This document shows positions 20,912 to 30,118 of a stretch of 64,000 nucleotides of DNA, piece after piece (within the stretch, counting starts at the first letter, position 1; each line of letters opens with the position of its first letter). Source of the DNA: Gemmatimonadales bacterium (lineage in GTDB: Bacteria > Gemmatimonadota > Gemmatimonadetes > Gemmatimonadales > GWC2-71-9); NCBI GenBank assembly GCA_036500345.1, contig DASYCE010000012.1, positions 43,110 to 107,109 on the forward strand, given 5' to 3'. The position numbers and the translations under genes are program-made. Under the pieces are notes generated by a model. The model did no database searches. It had not been told where the DNA came from and saw only the letters and a list, made by a program, of their open reading frames with translations.

Positions 20912-21819
20912 CGGCGTCGCTGATCGTCGCTTTCGGGACAGCGTCGGTCCGGGTCACTACACCGCTGCTCCTCGCTGCGATCGGTGAGGGGATCGCCGAG
21001 CGGAGCGGGGTGATCAATCTTGGCATCGAGGGGGGCATGCTGGCCGGCGCGTTCGCTGCCGCGGTGGTCGCCACGCACGACGGCACCACCGCCGGTGTCG
21101 CGGCGGGGGCGTTCGCCGGGATCCTGGTCGCCTTTGCGTTCGGTGCGATCGCGATCTGGGGACGAACCGACCAGATCATCAGCGGGATGGCGGTCACGCT
21201 CGCGGCGACCGGACTGACTGGACTGCTCGCGCGACGCGTATGGGGGGTGGCCGGTGCCGGGTTGTCGATTCCGACGATGCATCTGGCGGCGATTCCCGGG
21301 CTCGCGTCGATTCCGATCCTCGGACCAGTGTTCTTCGACCAGCCGGCAATCACCTATGTGGCGTATCTGATGATTCCGATCGCGGCGTGGCTCCTCTTCC
21401 GGACCCGGTTCGGTCTCGAGATCAGGGCGAGCGGCGAGGGTCCCACGGCAGCGGCCGCGTGCGGAGTGGCGGTAACACGGGTGCGGATCAGTGCCGTGGT
21501 ACTGGGCGGACTCTGCTCCGGCGTGGCCGGTGCATCGCTGGTGCTCGCGCAAGTCGGGGCGTTCAGTGAGCAGATGACCGCCGGGCGCGGCTTCATCGCC
21601 ATCGCGATCGTGGCGCTGGGGCGCTGGAATCCCTGGGGCATTGCCGCGTCGGCGCTGGTCTTTGGCGCGGCGACAGAGAGCCAATTCCTCTTCCAGGCCG
21701 CGGGGACGACGATCCCATACCAGCTCTTCCTCGTCCTCCCGTATCTTCTGGCACTTGCTGTGATGGCGCTGGCGACCAGACGACACCGGGGACCCGCAGG
21801 ACTTGCCCAGACCTTCTGA
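20908..21819 (+). CDS. ABC transporter permease (BMP-system, YufQ-like)
   Basis: MTASLIVAFGTASVRVTTPLLLAAIGEGIAERSGVINLGIEGGM. ATGA overlap with the preceding permease. The track ORF 20035..21819 has an artefactual N-terminal extension. Confidence 0.85.
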   Translation: MTASLIVAFGTASVRVTTPLLLAAIGEGIAERSGVINLGIEGGMLAGAFAAAVVATHDGTTAGVAAGAFAGILVAFAFGAIAIWGRTDQIISGMAVTLAATGLTGLLARRVWGVAGAGLSIPTMHLAAIPGLASIPILGPVFFDQPAITYVAYLMIPIAAWLLFRTRFGLEIRASGEGPTAAAACGVAVTRVRISAVVLGGLCSGVAGASLVLAQVGAFSEQMTAGRGFIAIAIVALGRWNPWGIAASALVFGAATESQFLFQAAGTTIPYQLFLVLPYLLALAVMALATRRHRGPAGLAQTF

Positions 21820-22867
21820 CACGATTCGTGCGCTGGCGATCGCGACCGCCGCGGGCGTGGCCACGGCCTGCGGACAGCCGGCGCGCGAGCTCGCTCCGAT
21901 CCGCCTCGTTCCGCTGATCACGCTTGGCGCCGACAGCGGTGCCGGTGCGATGATCACCGTACCGAACGTGAGCGCCGATCATTCCGGCGGGTTTCGCATC
22001 GTGATTCCTTCCGCCAGCGCGGTGTCCGCCGCGCCGATGGTCTACGATGATTCGGGTCGCTATCACGGAGGACTCGCGGCCGGCAGCGGCGACCAGCAGT
22101 TCGAGACGCCGCTGTTCACCCGAATCGGGCCGGGAGACTCGATCTGGATCTTCGACGCAAGCCAGCGCGCGTTTGTCTTCGATCCCGATCGGCGATTCGT
22201 CCGGTCGATTGCGCTGCCGGCCAGCCCATGGGATGCCGCCATCCTGTCCAACGGCAACATCCTGATCGCGCCGGCGAACACCGACCATCCCTTGCCGCTG
22301 CTTCTGGTGACAAGCACCGGTGCCCCCCTGCGCCAGATCGGCGCGGCCGATTCGACAATTGTGCCGGCACCCCGATGGCTGGTCGTCGACCGTGATGGGA
22401 CGTTCTGGACGATGCCGACGCAATTCCGCTGGCGCCTCGAGCACTGGGATTCGAACGGCAAATCTCTCGGCGTCCTCGAACGTCACCCGTCGTGGTTCCA
22501 GCGGTACAACCGTGTCCTGCCGGTCTCTGCCACCCAGCCGCCGCAGGGATCGATTCTCGGCGCATGGCTCGACGCGACGGGGCGATTCTGGATCATGGGA
22601 TCCGCGGCGGACCCGCAATGGCGCAAGGGAATCGGCTCGTCTTCGCGCGGCCAGCACGGCGGCGTCATCACCGAGCCGGACAAGGTGTTCGATACGATGA
22701 TCGAAGCGATCGACCCGCACTCCCGGCAGATGATCGCCACCACGCGCCTTGACCAGGCGTACCAATCCGTCGCCGAACCCGGCGTGATCATCCGGACTGG
22801 TGACGCACCGGGAGGGTGGAAGGAGGCTATCCTGTCGCGCGTGATCCTGGACGGAAAGGAACCGTGA
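21803..22867 (+). CDS. Hypothetical lipoprotein, probable beta-propeller fold
   Basis: TTG start. Signal peptide with lipobox AGVATAC. Repeated short strand-turn segments (DSIWIFD, GNILIAP, GTFWTMP, GRFWIMG). No catalytic motif recognised. Confidence 0.6.
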   Translation: MPRPSDTIRALAIATAAGVATACGQPARELAPIRLVPLITLGADSGAGAMITVPNVSADHSGGFRIVIPSASAVSAAPMVYDDSGRYHGGLAAGSGDQQFETPLFTRIGPGDSIWIFDASQRAFVFDPDRRFVRSIALPASPWDAAILSNGNILIAPANTDHPLPLLLVTSTGAPLRQIGAADSTIVPAPRWLVVDRDGTFWTMPTQFRWRLEHWDSNGKSLGVLERHPSWFQRYNRVLPVSATQPPQGSILGAWLDATGRFWIMGSAADPQWRKGIGSSSRGQHGGVITEPDKVFDTMIEAIDPHSRQMIATTRLDQAYQSVAEPGVIIRTGDAPGGWKEAILSRVILDGKEP

Positions 22868-23229
22868 TGTGGCAGCCATATGAGCATCGCAGCCAGCCGG
22901 TCATCTCGATGCGGCTCTTTCTCGGTCGGGTTGGCCGACATTTCCTCCTGGCGCTCGCGATCGTCATCGTTTCGCTGATCGTGGGAACCATGGGTTACCG
23001 GGTGTTTGCCCGGTTCGAATGGATCGACTCATTCCTGAACGCGGCGATGCTTCTGGGCGGGATGGGCCCGATCGGGGAGATCCCCACGACGTCGGGGAAG
23101 CTCTTCGCCGGGATCTATGCGCTCTACGCCGGGCTGGTCCTGATCGCAGCTTCCGGGGTGTTGCTCGCGCCGGTCCTGCACCGGCTGCTGCACCGTCTGC
23201 ATGTCGAGGGCGGAGGAACTCCCGGCTAG
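22867..23229 (+). CDS. Small two-TM membrane protein with a K+-channel-like pore region but a non-canonical filter
   Basis: TM1 LLALAIVIVSLIVGTMGY. The pore-helix-like WIDSFLNAAMLLGGMGPIGEIPTTSGKLFAGIYALYAGLVLIA aligns in pattern to KcsA-type WWSVETATTVGYGDLYPVTLWGR, with LLGGMGPIGE replacing TTVGYGD. Confidence 0.6.
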   Translation: MWQPYEHRSQPVISMRLFLGRVGRHFLLALAIVIVSLIVGTMGYRVFARFEWIDSFLNAAMLLGGMGPIGEIPTTSGKLFAGIYALYAGLVLIAASGVLLAPVLHRLLHRLHVEGGGTPG

Positions 23230-23290
23230 GCGCGCTGGCATCCGCAGGCGGGGGTGGTGAACTTGCAGTTGACCTGTGAGAGGAATTGCC

Positions 23291-24124
23291 ATGGATCGCC
23301 GCGACTTCGTGAAAACCACCGGTGCCGTTGCCGCATCGATGCTCCCGATCGGCCGGATCGCCGGCGCGCGTGACCGAATCGATCGCATCGGCCTCCAGCT
23401 CTACACGGTTCGCGACCAGATGAAGAACAGTGTGGAGCGCACCTTGTCGTCGGTTGCCGCGATCGGCTTCAAGGAGGTTGAATTCGCCGGCTATTTCGAC
23501 CGACCGCCGCGAGCCATCAAGCAGCTGCTCGACGACAACGGGATGACGTCGCCATCGGCGCACATCGGCCTCGCCGCGCTTCGCGGACCGTGGAATCGCA
23601 CCCTCAGCGATGCGGCCGAGATCGAGCACAAATGGCTGGTGATCGCGTCGCTCGAGGATGCGGATCAGAATTCGGTGGACGCGATCAAGCGGACCGCCGA
23701 CCTGATTCACAAGGCGGCCGACGACGCCAAGTTCTACAAGATCAAGCTTGCCTACCACAACCACGACACCGAGTTCGCGAACGTGGGTGGCCGGCCGATG
23801 TTCGACCAGCTGCTCGAATTGACCAAGCCCGACGAACTCCAGGTGGAAATGGATCTCTACTGGATCACCAAGGCAGGCGCGGACCCCCTCGCCTATTTCG
23901 CGAAATGGCCGGGACGCTTTCCGATGGTCCACGTCAAGGACGCTGGTCCTGCGCCATCGTATCAGATGGAGGACGTCGGCAAGGGTACCATCAATTGGGC
24001 AAAGATTTTCTCGCACCACAAGGAGGCCGGGATCAAGCACTATTTCGTCGAACACGACGATGCGCGTGACCCGCTCGCCAGTGCGAAGGCTTCCTACCAA
24101 TACCTCAAGAAACTCGACTTCTAG
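23291..24124 (+). CDS. Tat-exported sugar phosphate isomerase/epimerase (xylose isomerase-like TIM barrel)
   Basis: Twin-arginine signal MDRRDFVKTTGAVAASML. Blocks IGLQLYTVR, GFKEVEFAG, HNH, EMDLYW, VHVKD and FVEHD are typical of the family. Confidence 0.85.
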   Translation: MDRRDFVKTTGAVAASMLPIGRIAGARDRIDRIGLQLYTVRDQMKNSVERTLSSVAAIGFKEVEFAGYFDRPPRAIKQLLDDNGMTSPSAHIGLAALRGPWNRTLSDAAEIEHKWLVIASLEDADQNSVDAIKRTADLIHKAADDAKFYKIKLAYHNHDTEFANVGGRPMFDQLLELTKPDELQVEMDLYWITKAGADPLAYFAKWPGRFPMVHVKDAGPAPSYQMEDVGKGTINWAKIFSHHKEAGIKHYFVEHDDARDPLASAKASYQYLKKLDF

Positions 24125-24657
24125 GGCTTCCCCGCAGGGATCTTGTGGGCGGTAAGCCAGCGCTGTCCCATCATCTCGTGATTGCGCAGGATGGGAATCA
24201 GCTTCTGGATGAAGGCGCGCAGCTGCGGGTTTGACGCGGCGGGGAGGTACGTCCCCGACACCTGCGCAATTGCCGCCTTGTGGCCCGCAACCATCGCCAG
24301 CACGAAGGTCCGGTCGAACGCGACACCCGACAACGCGTTGAGCTTGGTCATCAGGTCGCGATGCGCCGACGCGTTGATGGTATCGACCACCGGTGTAATT
24401 CCGAGCCGCGTCGCCAGCGCCGTCGCTTCCTGCCGCGACCGTTCATGATCCCGCACCAACTGGTCGGCGTAGTCCTTCACTTCCTGCGCAGACGCCTTGC
24501 TCGATGCGAGCTTGGCCGTCTCGATCTCGTTGGCGTCGGTCGCGGCGAGCGCGCCAAGGATCGTCGCGTCCGATGGCGGAAGGACGCTGACCGGAGTGGG
24601 ACGCTTGGCCGGCAGCAGGACGGTTCCGATCAGGATCATCAGCGTTCTGGTCAACAT
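24121..24657 (-). CDS. DUF4142 domain protein (copy 1)
   Basis: ATDANEIETAKLASSKASAQEVKDYADQLVRDHE...FDRTFVLAMVAGHKAAI shows the two-repeat ferritin-like DUF4142 pattern. Has an N-terminal signal/anchor. Confidence 0.8.
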   Translation of the reverse strand: MLTRTLMILIGTVLLPAKRPTPVSVLPPSDATILGALAATDANEIETAKLASSKASAQEVKDYADQLVRDHERSRQEATALATRLGITPVVDTINASAHRDLMTKLNALSGVAFDRTFVLAMVAGHKAAIAQVSGTYLPAASNPQLRAFIQKLIPILRNHEMMGQRWLTAHKIPAGKP

Positions 24658-24729
24658 GACATACCTCTCTGAGGTGTCATCCCCGGCAGCGGAGACGACG
24701 GCTGGACGTCAGGCGGTACAATCGTTTCA

Positions 24730-25689
24730 TCAATGGCACTTGCCGCCGCTCGGATCCCAGACGCGACCGCCCACTTCGATGAACGCGGCGCGCCACTCTT
24801 CCTTGCCGAGGGTGAGCTTGAGAACACCGTAATGGCCCTCGATCCGCACGATGCTGTTGGGCGCCGGCGTCGACCGGAATCCGCGCAGGTCACCACCGCC
24901 GGTGCCAACGACCATCTCGGTGATGCCGCGCACCGAGTCGAGAACGCCTGCAGGCGTCTGCGGCCTGAAGCGTTCGTAGTCGTGATCGTGTCCGCTCAGG
25001 ATGAGGTCGGCGTTGCCATCGTAGAGGATCTGCCAGAGGGGCTGCAGCGACACATCGCTGCCGTGCCATCCCGTGGAGAATCGCGGATTGTGCCAGTACG
25101 CCATGGTGCAAAGCTTCTTGTTCGATTGCAGGTCCTGTTTGAGCCAATCCAACTGCGCCTGCCTGTCCTGGGCGGAGAACGCAGGGTCGACCGCGATCTC
25201 GCTGTTGAGCGAGATGATGTGCCAGTCGCCCACGTTGTAGCTGTAGTATCCCTTCTTCGACGACCCGGCCTTGGAGCCGAAATACTGGAGGTATGGTGTC
25301 GCACCCTGGGTGTTGTATTCGTGATTGCCCGGAGAAGGATGGAGCACTTTCATGATCCGCCGCGCGGAATCGCCCCAGGTGGGTCCCCAACAGACCGAGT
25401 AGTCCGTCGCCGATCCACTGGGGTACGCGTTGTCACCGAGGGTGAACGCGGCATCGTTCACCTTCGCGGCGCTGTCGGCCTGGAGCAGCGAGTCCATCAG
25501 TTGCGCGGTCTGCGACGCCGCCTTGGTGCCGCAGACGGCAATGTCTCCCACGCCGACCAGGACGGATGCTCCGGTCAATGCCACCAGCTTCGGTGGCGCA
25601 TCCGCGGTTGGCGGCGTGACTTGCACCGGGATCTTGCACGAAAAGCTCAGCAGCGGCAGCACCGCCAGCACGACATAGCTTCGTCGCAT
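24730..25689 (-). CDS. Metallophosphoesterase lipoprotein (calcineurin/purple-acid-phosphatase-like)
   Basis: Start chosen at MRRSYVVLAVLPLLSFSC (lipobox). Motifs GDIAVCG, GDNAY, GNHEY and GHDHDYER. Confidence 0.85.
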   Translation of the reverse strand: MRRSYVVLAVLPLLSFSCKIPVQVTPPTADAPPKLVALTGASVLVGVGDIAVCGTKAASQTAQLMDSLLQADSAAKVNDAAFTLGDNAYPSGSATDYSVCWGPTWGDSARRIMKVLHPSPGNHEYNTQGATPYLQYFGSKAGSSKKGYYSYNVGDWHIISLNSEIAVDPAFSAQDRQAQLDWLKQDLQSNKKLCTMAYWHNPRFSTGWHGSDVSLQPLWQILYDGNADLILSGHDHDYERFRPQTPAGVLDSVRGITEMVVGTGGGDLRGFRSTPAPNSIVRIEGHYGVLKLTLGKEEWRAAFIEVGGRVWDPSGGKCH

Positions 25690-25730
25690 CCTCCCTCTCC
25701 CCCTCTCCAGTCGATCGCTCCGCCGGCGGA

Positions 25731-28331
25731 TCATTGGCGCGACCCGATCGGCATCCCCAGAGAGACGCTTATCTCGGCGGGGCGGCCGACATCGTTCGCC
25801 TGGACGACCCTGATATCCGCCGAGATCGTGTGAAACGCGATCCAGAAACCACCACCAAAGGCATTGTGCCACCCATCCGGTGACGAACCATCGACGTAGA
25901 CCCGCCCAACATCGACAGCGCCGAGCAAACCGAGATCGAGCGGCACCAACACCGTGAGGTGCGCCACCGGGATGCGCAGTTCGGCGGTGCCGTAGATCGC
26001 CGCATCGCCGGCATACCGATCACGATCGATCGTCCGGATCGACGACGATCCGCCGATGAACGCGGCCTCCTGGAACGGAAAATCCCCCCACAGCTTCCTT
26101 GCGCCGCCGCGAAGGACGACGTGCGGGTGCGTGGCGATCGGTAGCGTGTAGTACTGAGCCACGGCGACGTGAGCCTCTTCGAACGCGCTCCGGAGATCCC
26201 ACACGGCTGGGTAGTAGCTCCCGCCCAGGTCGAAGAGCGTGCCATAGAAGGGGTGCGTCGCGAACTCGCGTCCGTCGTGGTGCAGCGTGAGTTGCAGGCC
26301 GGCCTCGCCAAAGCCCCCGGTTGAGCCGAAGCCGTACGGACGCGCCGCCGACACGAAATGCCCGGGGACGTTGTCGGTCTGGAAGTAGTCGACCACCGGA
26401 CCGAACGAGAGGTCACTCTTCTTCGCCAGGCCGAGCGAGATCGCCGGCTGCAGAAGCCACTGGCGCTGATGCACGTCGAAGTAGTCAGTCGCCGACTGGG
26501 GCGTCGAATTGCCGAGGCCGTGGAATTCGACGACTTCGATCTGCGACATCCTGCCGAGCATGGTGACATGCAGCGGCGACTGCGCGAAGCGGTCATCTGC
26601 GGTGAAGGTGACGCGCGACCGGTGCAGATGGGTGGAGTATTCGCCAATCAGCGAGTACATGCTCGAATACGGATAGTCGCCGAACCCATAGCTGTAGTGC
26701 GCGACGCCGAGCCCCGGCATGATGCCGTAGTCGTGATTGACCGTCATCTCGGCGGCCGGTCCGAAGCGCGTACCGTAATCCGGAACCGGCGAAATCAGGG
26801 TGCCGAACCGGTGCAGCATCGGGCGGCGAGAAAAGAGCGTATCCGGACCGTACGAGACATTCGACACGGTGCCGACGTCGTAGAGGTGGGCAGAGCGACG
26901 GTCATCGCCCACGCGCGACGAATCGATGATGACGTTGGATCCGTTGCCGCCGATCACCCGCACGGGAATGCTCGACTTCACCGCTCCGGTGACGATGGCA
27001 GTGTCGTCACCGCCATGCAGGTAGATGCGGATCTCGCGAGTCTCACCGGCGTTGAAGCGGCGATCGAAATACTCCGCGCCACGACTGTCGGTGAGCACGA
27101 CATCGACGGAGTGATCGTCGATGCGGCGCACCGTCGCGCGGTCGGCCGCGTCGGTTGCGTGAATGTCCACCACCGGCGCCAGTTCGGCGTAGAACTTGTC
27201 TGCGATGACGCGCAACGAGTCGCGGCGACGCTCGAGATCGCCTGCGAGGTCGCGGTCATCATGCTGATAGTCAGCCGGCATCGCGTGCGCCGCGACAATG
27301 ATCGCCGAATCGGTGATCGCCTCCTTCAGCGCGTCCGCGATCGAGTCGTACGTCGCCTTGCTGACACCTGCCAGGAGTCGTCGATCGAATTGCCGGGAGT
27401 TGTAGACGAGCTTACCAATCGCGGGATACGAGGCATCGAATTTCGTCATCGTCGGTTGACTGCCGCGGATGAGCCAGGCGAAGAGTCCGCTCGACGAGAC
27501 CAGCGCATGGTCCCGGTCGCGAGGGATCGGTTCCCACTCATCGGTCGGACCGCTGGCCAGCAGCGCCCATTTCCACTGACCCTGATGCCGATCCCAGTCG
27601 CCGAGGAGCATGTCGACGAGCCTCGCGCGAAGAAACGCGCGCGCATCGACCTGGTTGGAAGGGTCGTCGTCGATCAGCTTGAGGAGTGAGTCGCTGTCGA
27701 TGATCCGCTTCGCGTTTGCGAAGCCGGGGACGTCATCATTCGGCGTGGTCGGATATTCCTCGATCGTGCCAAGAAGTCCCGCGTACTTCTTGCGATACTT
27801 GCCGAGGAGCGGATCATCGGGCATCACGACGAACGTCGGCGTCACGTGCAGCACGCCGGCCGCATCGAGAATCGGCGCCGCGACCTGTGCCGCCGCGGGA
27901 TTGCTGTTGCTGATCATGTCGTGACCGATGTGATCGACGATACTCCCCTTCCACATCGGTGGCACCGCCACCCCGAACTTGTCGACCGACCGGAAGACGT
28001 ATTCCGTCCGATCGGGCGTGACGAACCGCAGCGACCGTGTCTGGACTCCACCGCCTTCCTTGAGCGGCCGGAGTCCCCCGGCATATGTCTGGAGGTCGAG
28101 TACCGGAACGCGAACCGGCGCGGTCCAGAGATCACGGTATGCGCCGCCAAGGAAGAAGCGATGTAGGGCACCGGCCTGATAGTGTGCGCCGGCGGCCACC
28201 GTGACGCTGTCGGTACGCATGGCTGTGCCCGGGTTCGATCCAGGATGCTGCGCCTGCGCCGACGGCATCGTCGCCGTCACCAGCGCTGCTGTGACGATCA
28301 CGCGGCGCAATCGCGACGCCATCAGCGTCAT
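25731..28331 (-). CDS. 866-aa outer-membrane protein: uncharacterised N-terminal domain plus Omp85/BamA-like C-terminal barrel
   Basis: Signal peptide ending SAQAQ. Mid-N-terminal motif LGDWDRHQGQWKW (aa 243-255) and PIPRDRDHA (aa 268-276). The C-terminus FIGGSSSIRTIDRDRYAGDAAIYGTAELRIPV...GGGFWIAF resembles the bacterial surface antigen (D15) domain. Confidence 0.75.
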   Translation of the reverse strand: MTLMASRLRRVIVTAALVTATMPSAQAQHPGSNPGTAMRTDSVTVAAGAHYQAGALHRFFLGGAYRDLWTAPVRVPVLDLQTYAGGLRPLKEGGGVQTRSLRFVTPDRTEYVFRSVDKFGVAVPPMWKGSIVDHIGHDMISNSNPAAAQVAAPILDAAGVLHVTPTFVVMPDDPLLGKYRKKYAGLLGTIEEYPTTPNDDVPGFANAKRIIDSDSLLKLIDDDPSNQVDARAFLRARLVDMLLGDWDRHQGQWKWALLASGPTDEWEPIPRDRDHALVSSSGLFAWLIRGSQPTMTKFDASYPAIGKLVYNSRQFDRRLLAGVSKATYDSIADALKEAITDSAIIVAAHAMPADYQHDDRDLAGDLERRRDSLRVIADKFYAELAPVVDIHATDAADRATVRRIDDHSVDVVLTDSRGAEYFDRRFNAGETREIRIYLHGGDDTAIVTGAVKSSIPVRVIGGNGSNVIIDSSRVGDDRRSAHLYDVGTVSNVSYGPDTLFSRRPMLHRFGTLISPVPDYGTRFGPAAEMTVNHDYGIMPGLGVAHYSYGFGDYPYSSMYSLIGEYSTHLHRSRVTFTADDRFAQSPLHVTMLGRMSQIEVVEFHGLGNSTPQSATDYFDVHQRQWLLQPAISLGLAKKSDLSFGPVVDYFQTDNVPGHFVSAARPYGFGSTGGFGEAGLQLTLHHDGREFATHPFYGTLFDLGGSYYPAVWDLRSAFEEAHVAVAQYYTLPIATHPHVVLRGGARKLWGDFPFQEAAFIGGSSSIRTIDRDRYAGDAAIYGTAELRIPVAHLTVLVPLDLGLLGAVDVGRVYVDGSSPDGWHNAFGGGFWIAFHTISADIRVVQANDVGRPAEISVSLGMPIGSRQ

Positions 28332-29416
28332 TTCTCCGCCCGATTGGCGTGCTGCGCCGCGTCGCTGATCTCGAGATCCGCTGACACGATCGAGTCGCCG
28401 GCGCTGTGTCGAATCGCCGTGAGGATGCTGTCACGCGAGACGCTCCGCCGCACTCGCAGCAGGTAGTAGAGCTCGGATGGTTTCCCTTCGTTGGTGACGA
28501 CCTGGTCCAGCTTCCAGCGGCGGGCAAGGCCGTCGAGCACCGATTCAATCCGGTTCTGTGCCAGGGTGAGGGAATCGGAGCTGACCGAGAGGATGGCGTT
28601 GAATCGCGGCTTCTTGGGGACCTGGCCCAGGATCTTGTGGACGCGGTTGAACCGTTTCGCGAGCACCGCCGCTTCGCCGGGCGAGAGTGCCAGCACGAGG
28701 TCACGGTCGGGAACGGCAGCATCGTTCGATGCCTTGTCGGCCAGTTCCCCGAGCGGTTCGGCCCACTGTGATGCCGCAGTTGGCTCCAGCGCGTTGCGGC
28801 CGAAGTCGTACCGCCAGATCAGCAGCGCCACGAAATTGAACATCACCGAGAGCACGGTCGCCACGGTGAGCGATTGTACGCCGGCGGCCACGCCGACACC
28901 GATGGCGAGGAAGATGTACGCCGTATCGCGCACGTCGCGCATCGTGGTGCGGAAACGCAACCCGGCCACGATCCCGGCGAGGGAGAACGCCAGTGCGAGC
29001 GATGTGCGCACCACGAGGACGATTCCCGCCACGACGATCGGGAGCACGATCAGCGTCTGCGCCACCCCCTGATTGAAATCCCGGAGGCGGCGCACCGACA
29101 TGAAGACCCACGTCACCGGCAACATCAGCAGGAGCGTGCTCACCATGATCAGGACCGTGGTCAGGGCGAGGTCCAGCCGTGATCCGACGCTGATCTCGGG
29201 GATGGCATCCTTGGCACCCTTGATCACATCCTGCAGCGACTGGGTGTCGGCCACCGCCTGCACATGCTCACCTGCGAACAGCCGATCAAAGAACGGGAAG
29301 AAATGGATCAGAACCCCGACAACCACTGCCAGCACGGCGTAATACGCCAGCAACCGGCGAACCGGGCGGTCGGATCCAAGCGTGAAGACGTCGATCAGCC
29401 GTTTGAAAATCTCCAT
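28328..29416 (-). CDS. Membrane protein with DUF4956-like core and a roughly 145-aa soluble C-terminal extension
   Basis: Four or five TM helices. GLRFRTTMRDVRDTAYIFLAIGVGVAAG resembles the DUF4956 signature as I recall it. ATGA overlap with the downstream OMP gene. Confidence 0.6.
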   Translation of the reverse strand: MEIFKRLIDVFTLGSDRPVRRLLAYYAVLAVVVGVLIHFFPFFDRLFAGEHVQAVADTQSLQDVIKGAKDAIPEISVGSRLDLALTTVLIMVSTLLLMLPVTWVFMSVRRLRDFNQGVAQTLIVLPIVVAGIVLVVRTSLALAFSLAGIVAGLRFRTTMRDVRDTAYIFLAIGVGVAAGVQSLTVATVLSVMFNFVALLIWRYDFGRNALEPTAASQWAEPLGELADKASNDAAVPDRDLVLALSPGEAAVLAKRFNRVHKILGQVPKKPRFNAILSVSSDSLTLAQNRIESVLDGLARRWKLDQVVTNEGKPSELYYLLRVRRSVSRDSILTAIRHSAGDSIVSADLEISDAAQHANRAEK

Positions 29417-29494
29417 TGGTCACCCTTTCTCATGTGCGGGGTGACGCCCCTCCCGCGTCGGCAGACACCGACGTCCCGTGATGGTGAACCAGCC

Positions 29495-29544
29495 GGAAAA
29501 ACAACGATGCAGGCGGAGGGAAGGACTTTCCCTCCACCTGCATC
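29495..29544 (-). terminator. Rho-independent terminator downstream of DUF4142 copy 2
   Basis: GATGCAGGCGGAGGGA (29506-29521) pairs with TCCCTCCACCTGCATC (29529-29544), a 16-bp stem with one mismatch. It is followed on the minus strand by GTTGTTTTTCC. Confidence 0.75.
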
Positions 29545-29566
29545 AGCGGATTACCGTAGGCGCGAT

Positions 29567-30118
29567 TTACGCCGGCATCTTGGCGAGCAGTGATTCGGCG
29601 GCCTTCTGGTGCTGCACAAACACCGGCGAGACACTCACCACGAGCTGCTTGAGCTCGGCGTTCTGGATGGCCGGGAGCAGGGTGGTCGTGACGGCCGCGA
29701 TCACCGCCTTGTGGTAGGCGATCTCGTTCTCGAGGAAGGCGCGATCAAACGCCTTGCCGGAGAGCGAATTGAGGCGCTTCATCGCGGCGACATGGTCCGG
29801 CGCGAGGGGATTCTGCTTCGGCGGGGTTGGCGTGACGCCGAGCTTCTTGGCGAGATCGCGCCCCTTCTGGCGTGCGTCGGTGTGAGCCATCACCAGCATC
29901 GCGGCGAAGTCACGGATCTCCTTGGTCGTCGCCTTGCGTTCGGCGAGGTGCGAGGCCTCGATGTCGTAGGTGTTGGCGGCGTCGTAGATGGCGACGATGG
30001 TCGGGTCATTGAGACCCTGGAGGCGAACGGCGGTGGCGTCGGTCGGGGCCGTCGCGATTCGTGGCGCAGCACTTGGCGCGATCACGGTGACGAGGGCGGT
30101 CAGGATGGCGACAAACAT
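29567..30118 (-). CDS. DUF4142 domain protein (copy 2)
   Basis: AANTYDIEASHLAERKATTKEIRDFAAMLVMAHTD...FDRAFLENEIAYHKAVI. Paralog of 24121..24657. Confidence 0.8.
   Translation of the reverse strand: MFVAILTALVTVIAPSAAPRIATAPTDATAVRLQGLNDPTIVAIYDAANTYDIEASHLAERKATTKEIRDFAAMLVMAHTDARQKGRDLAKKLGVTPTPPKQNPLAPDHVAAMKRLNSLSGKAFDRAFLENEIAYHKAVIAAVTTTLLPAIQNAELKQLVVSVSPVFVQHQKAAESLLAKMPA

Noticed and set aside
21593-24100. Long minus-strand ORFs 21593..22879 (428 aa) and 22964..24100 (378 aa). The same reasoning applies to 31168..32568, 36057..37379 (plus strand), 57876..59174, 20707..21957 and 26358..27689.
   Set aside because: All are antisense to or out of frame with well-supported genes. Their composition is dominated by Arg, Gly, Pro and Asp, as expected for the wrong frame at high GC.
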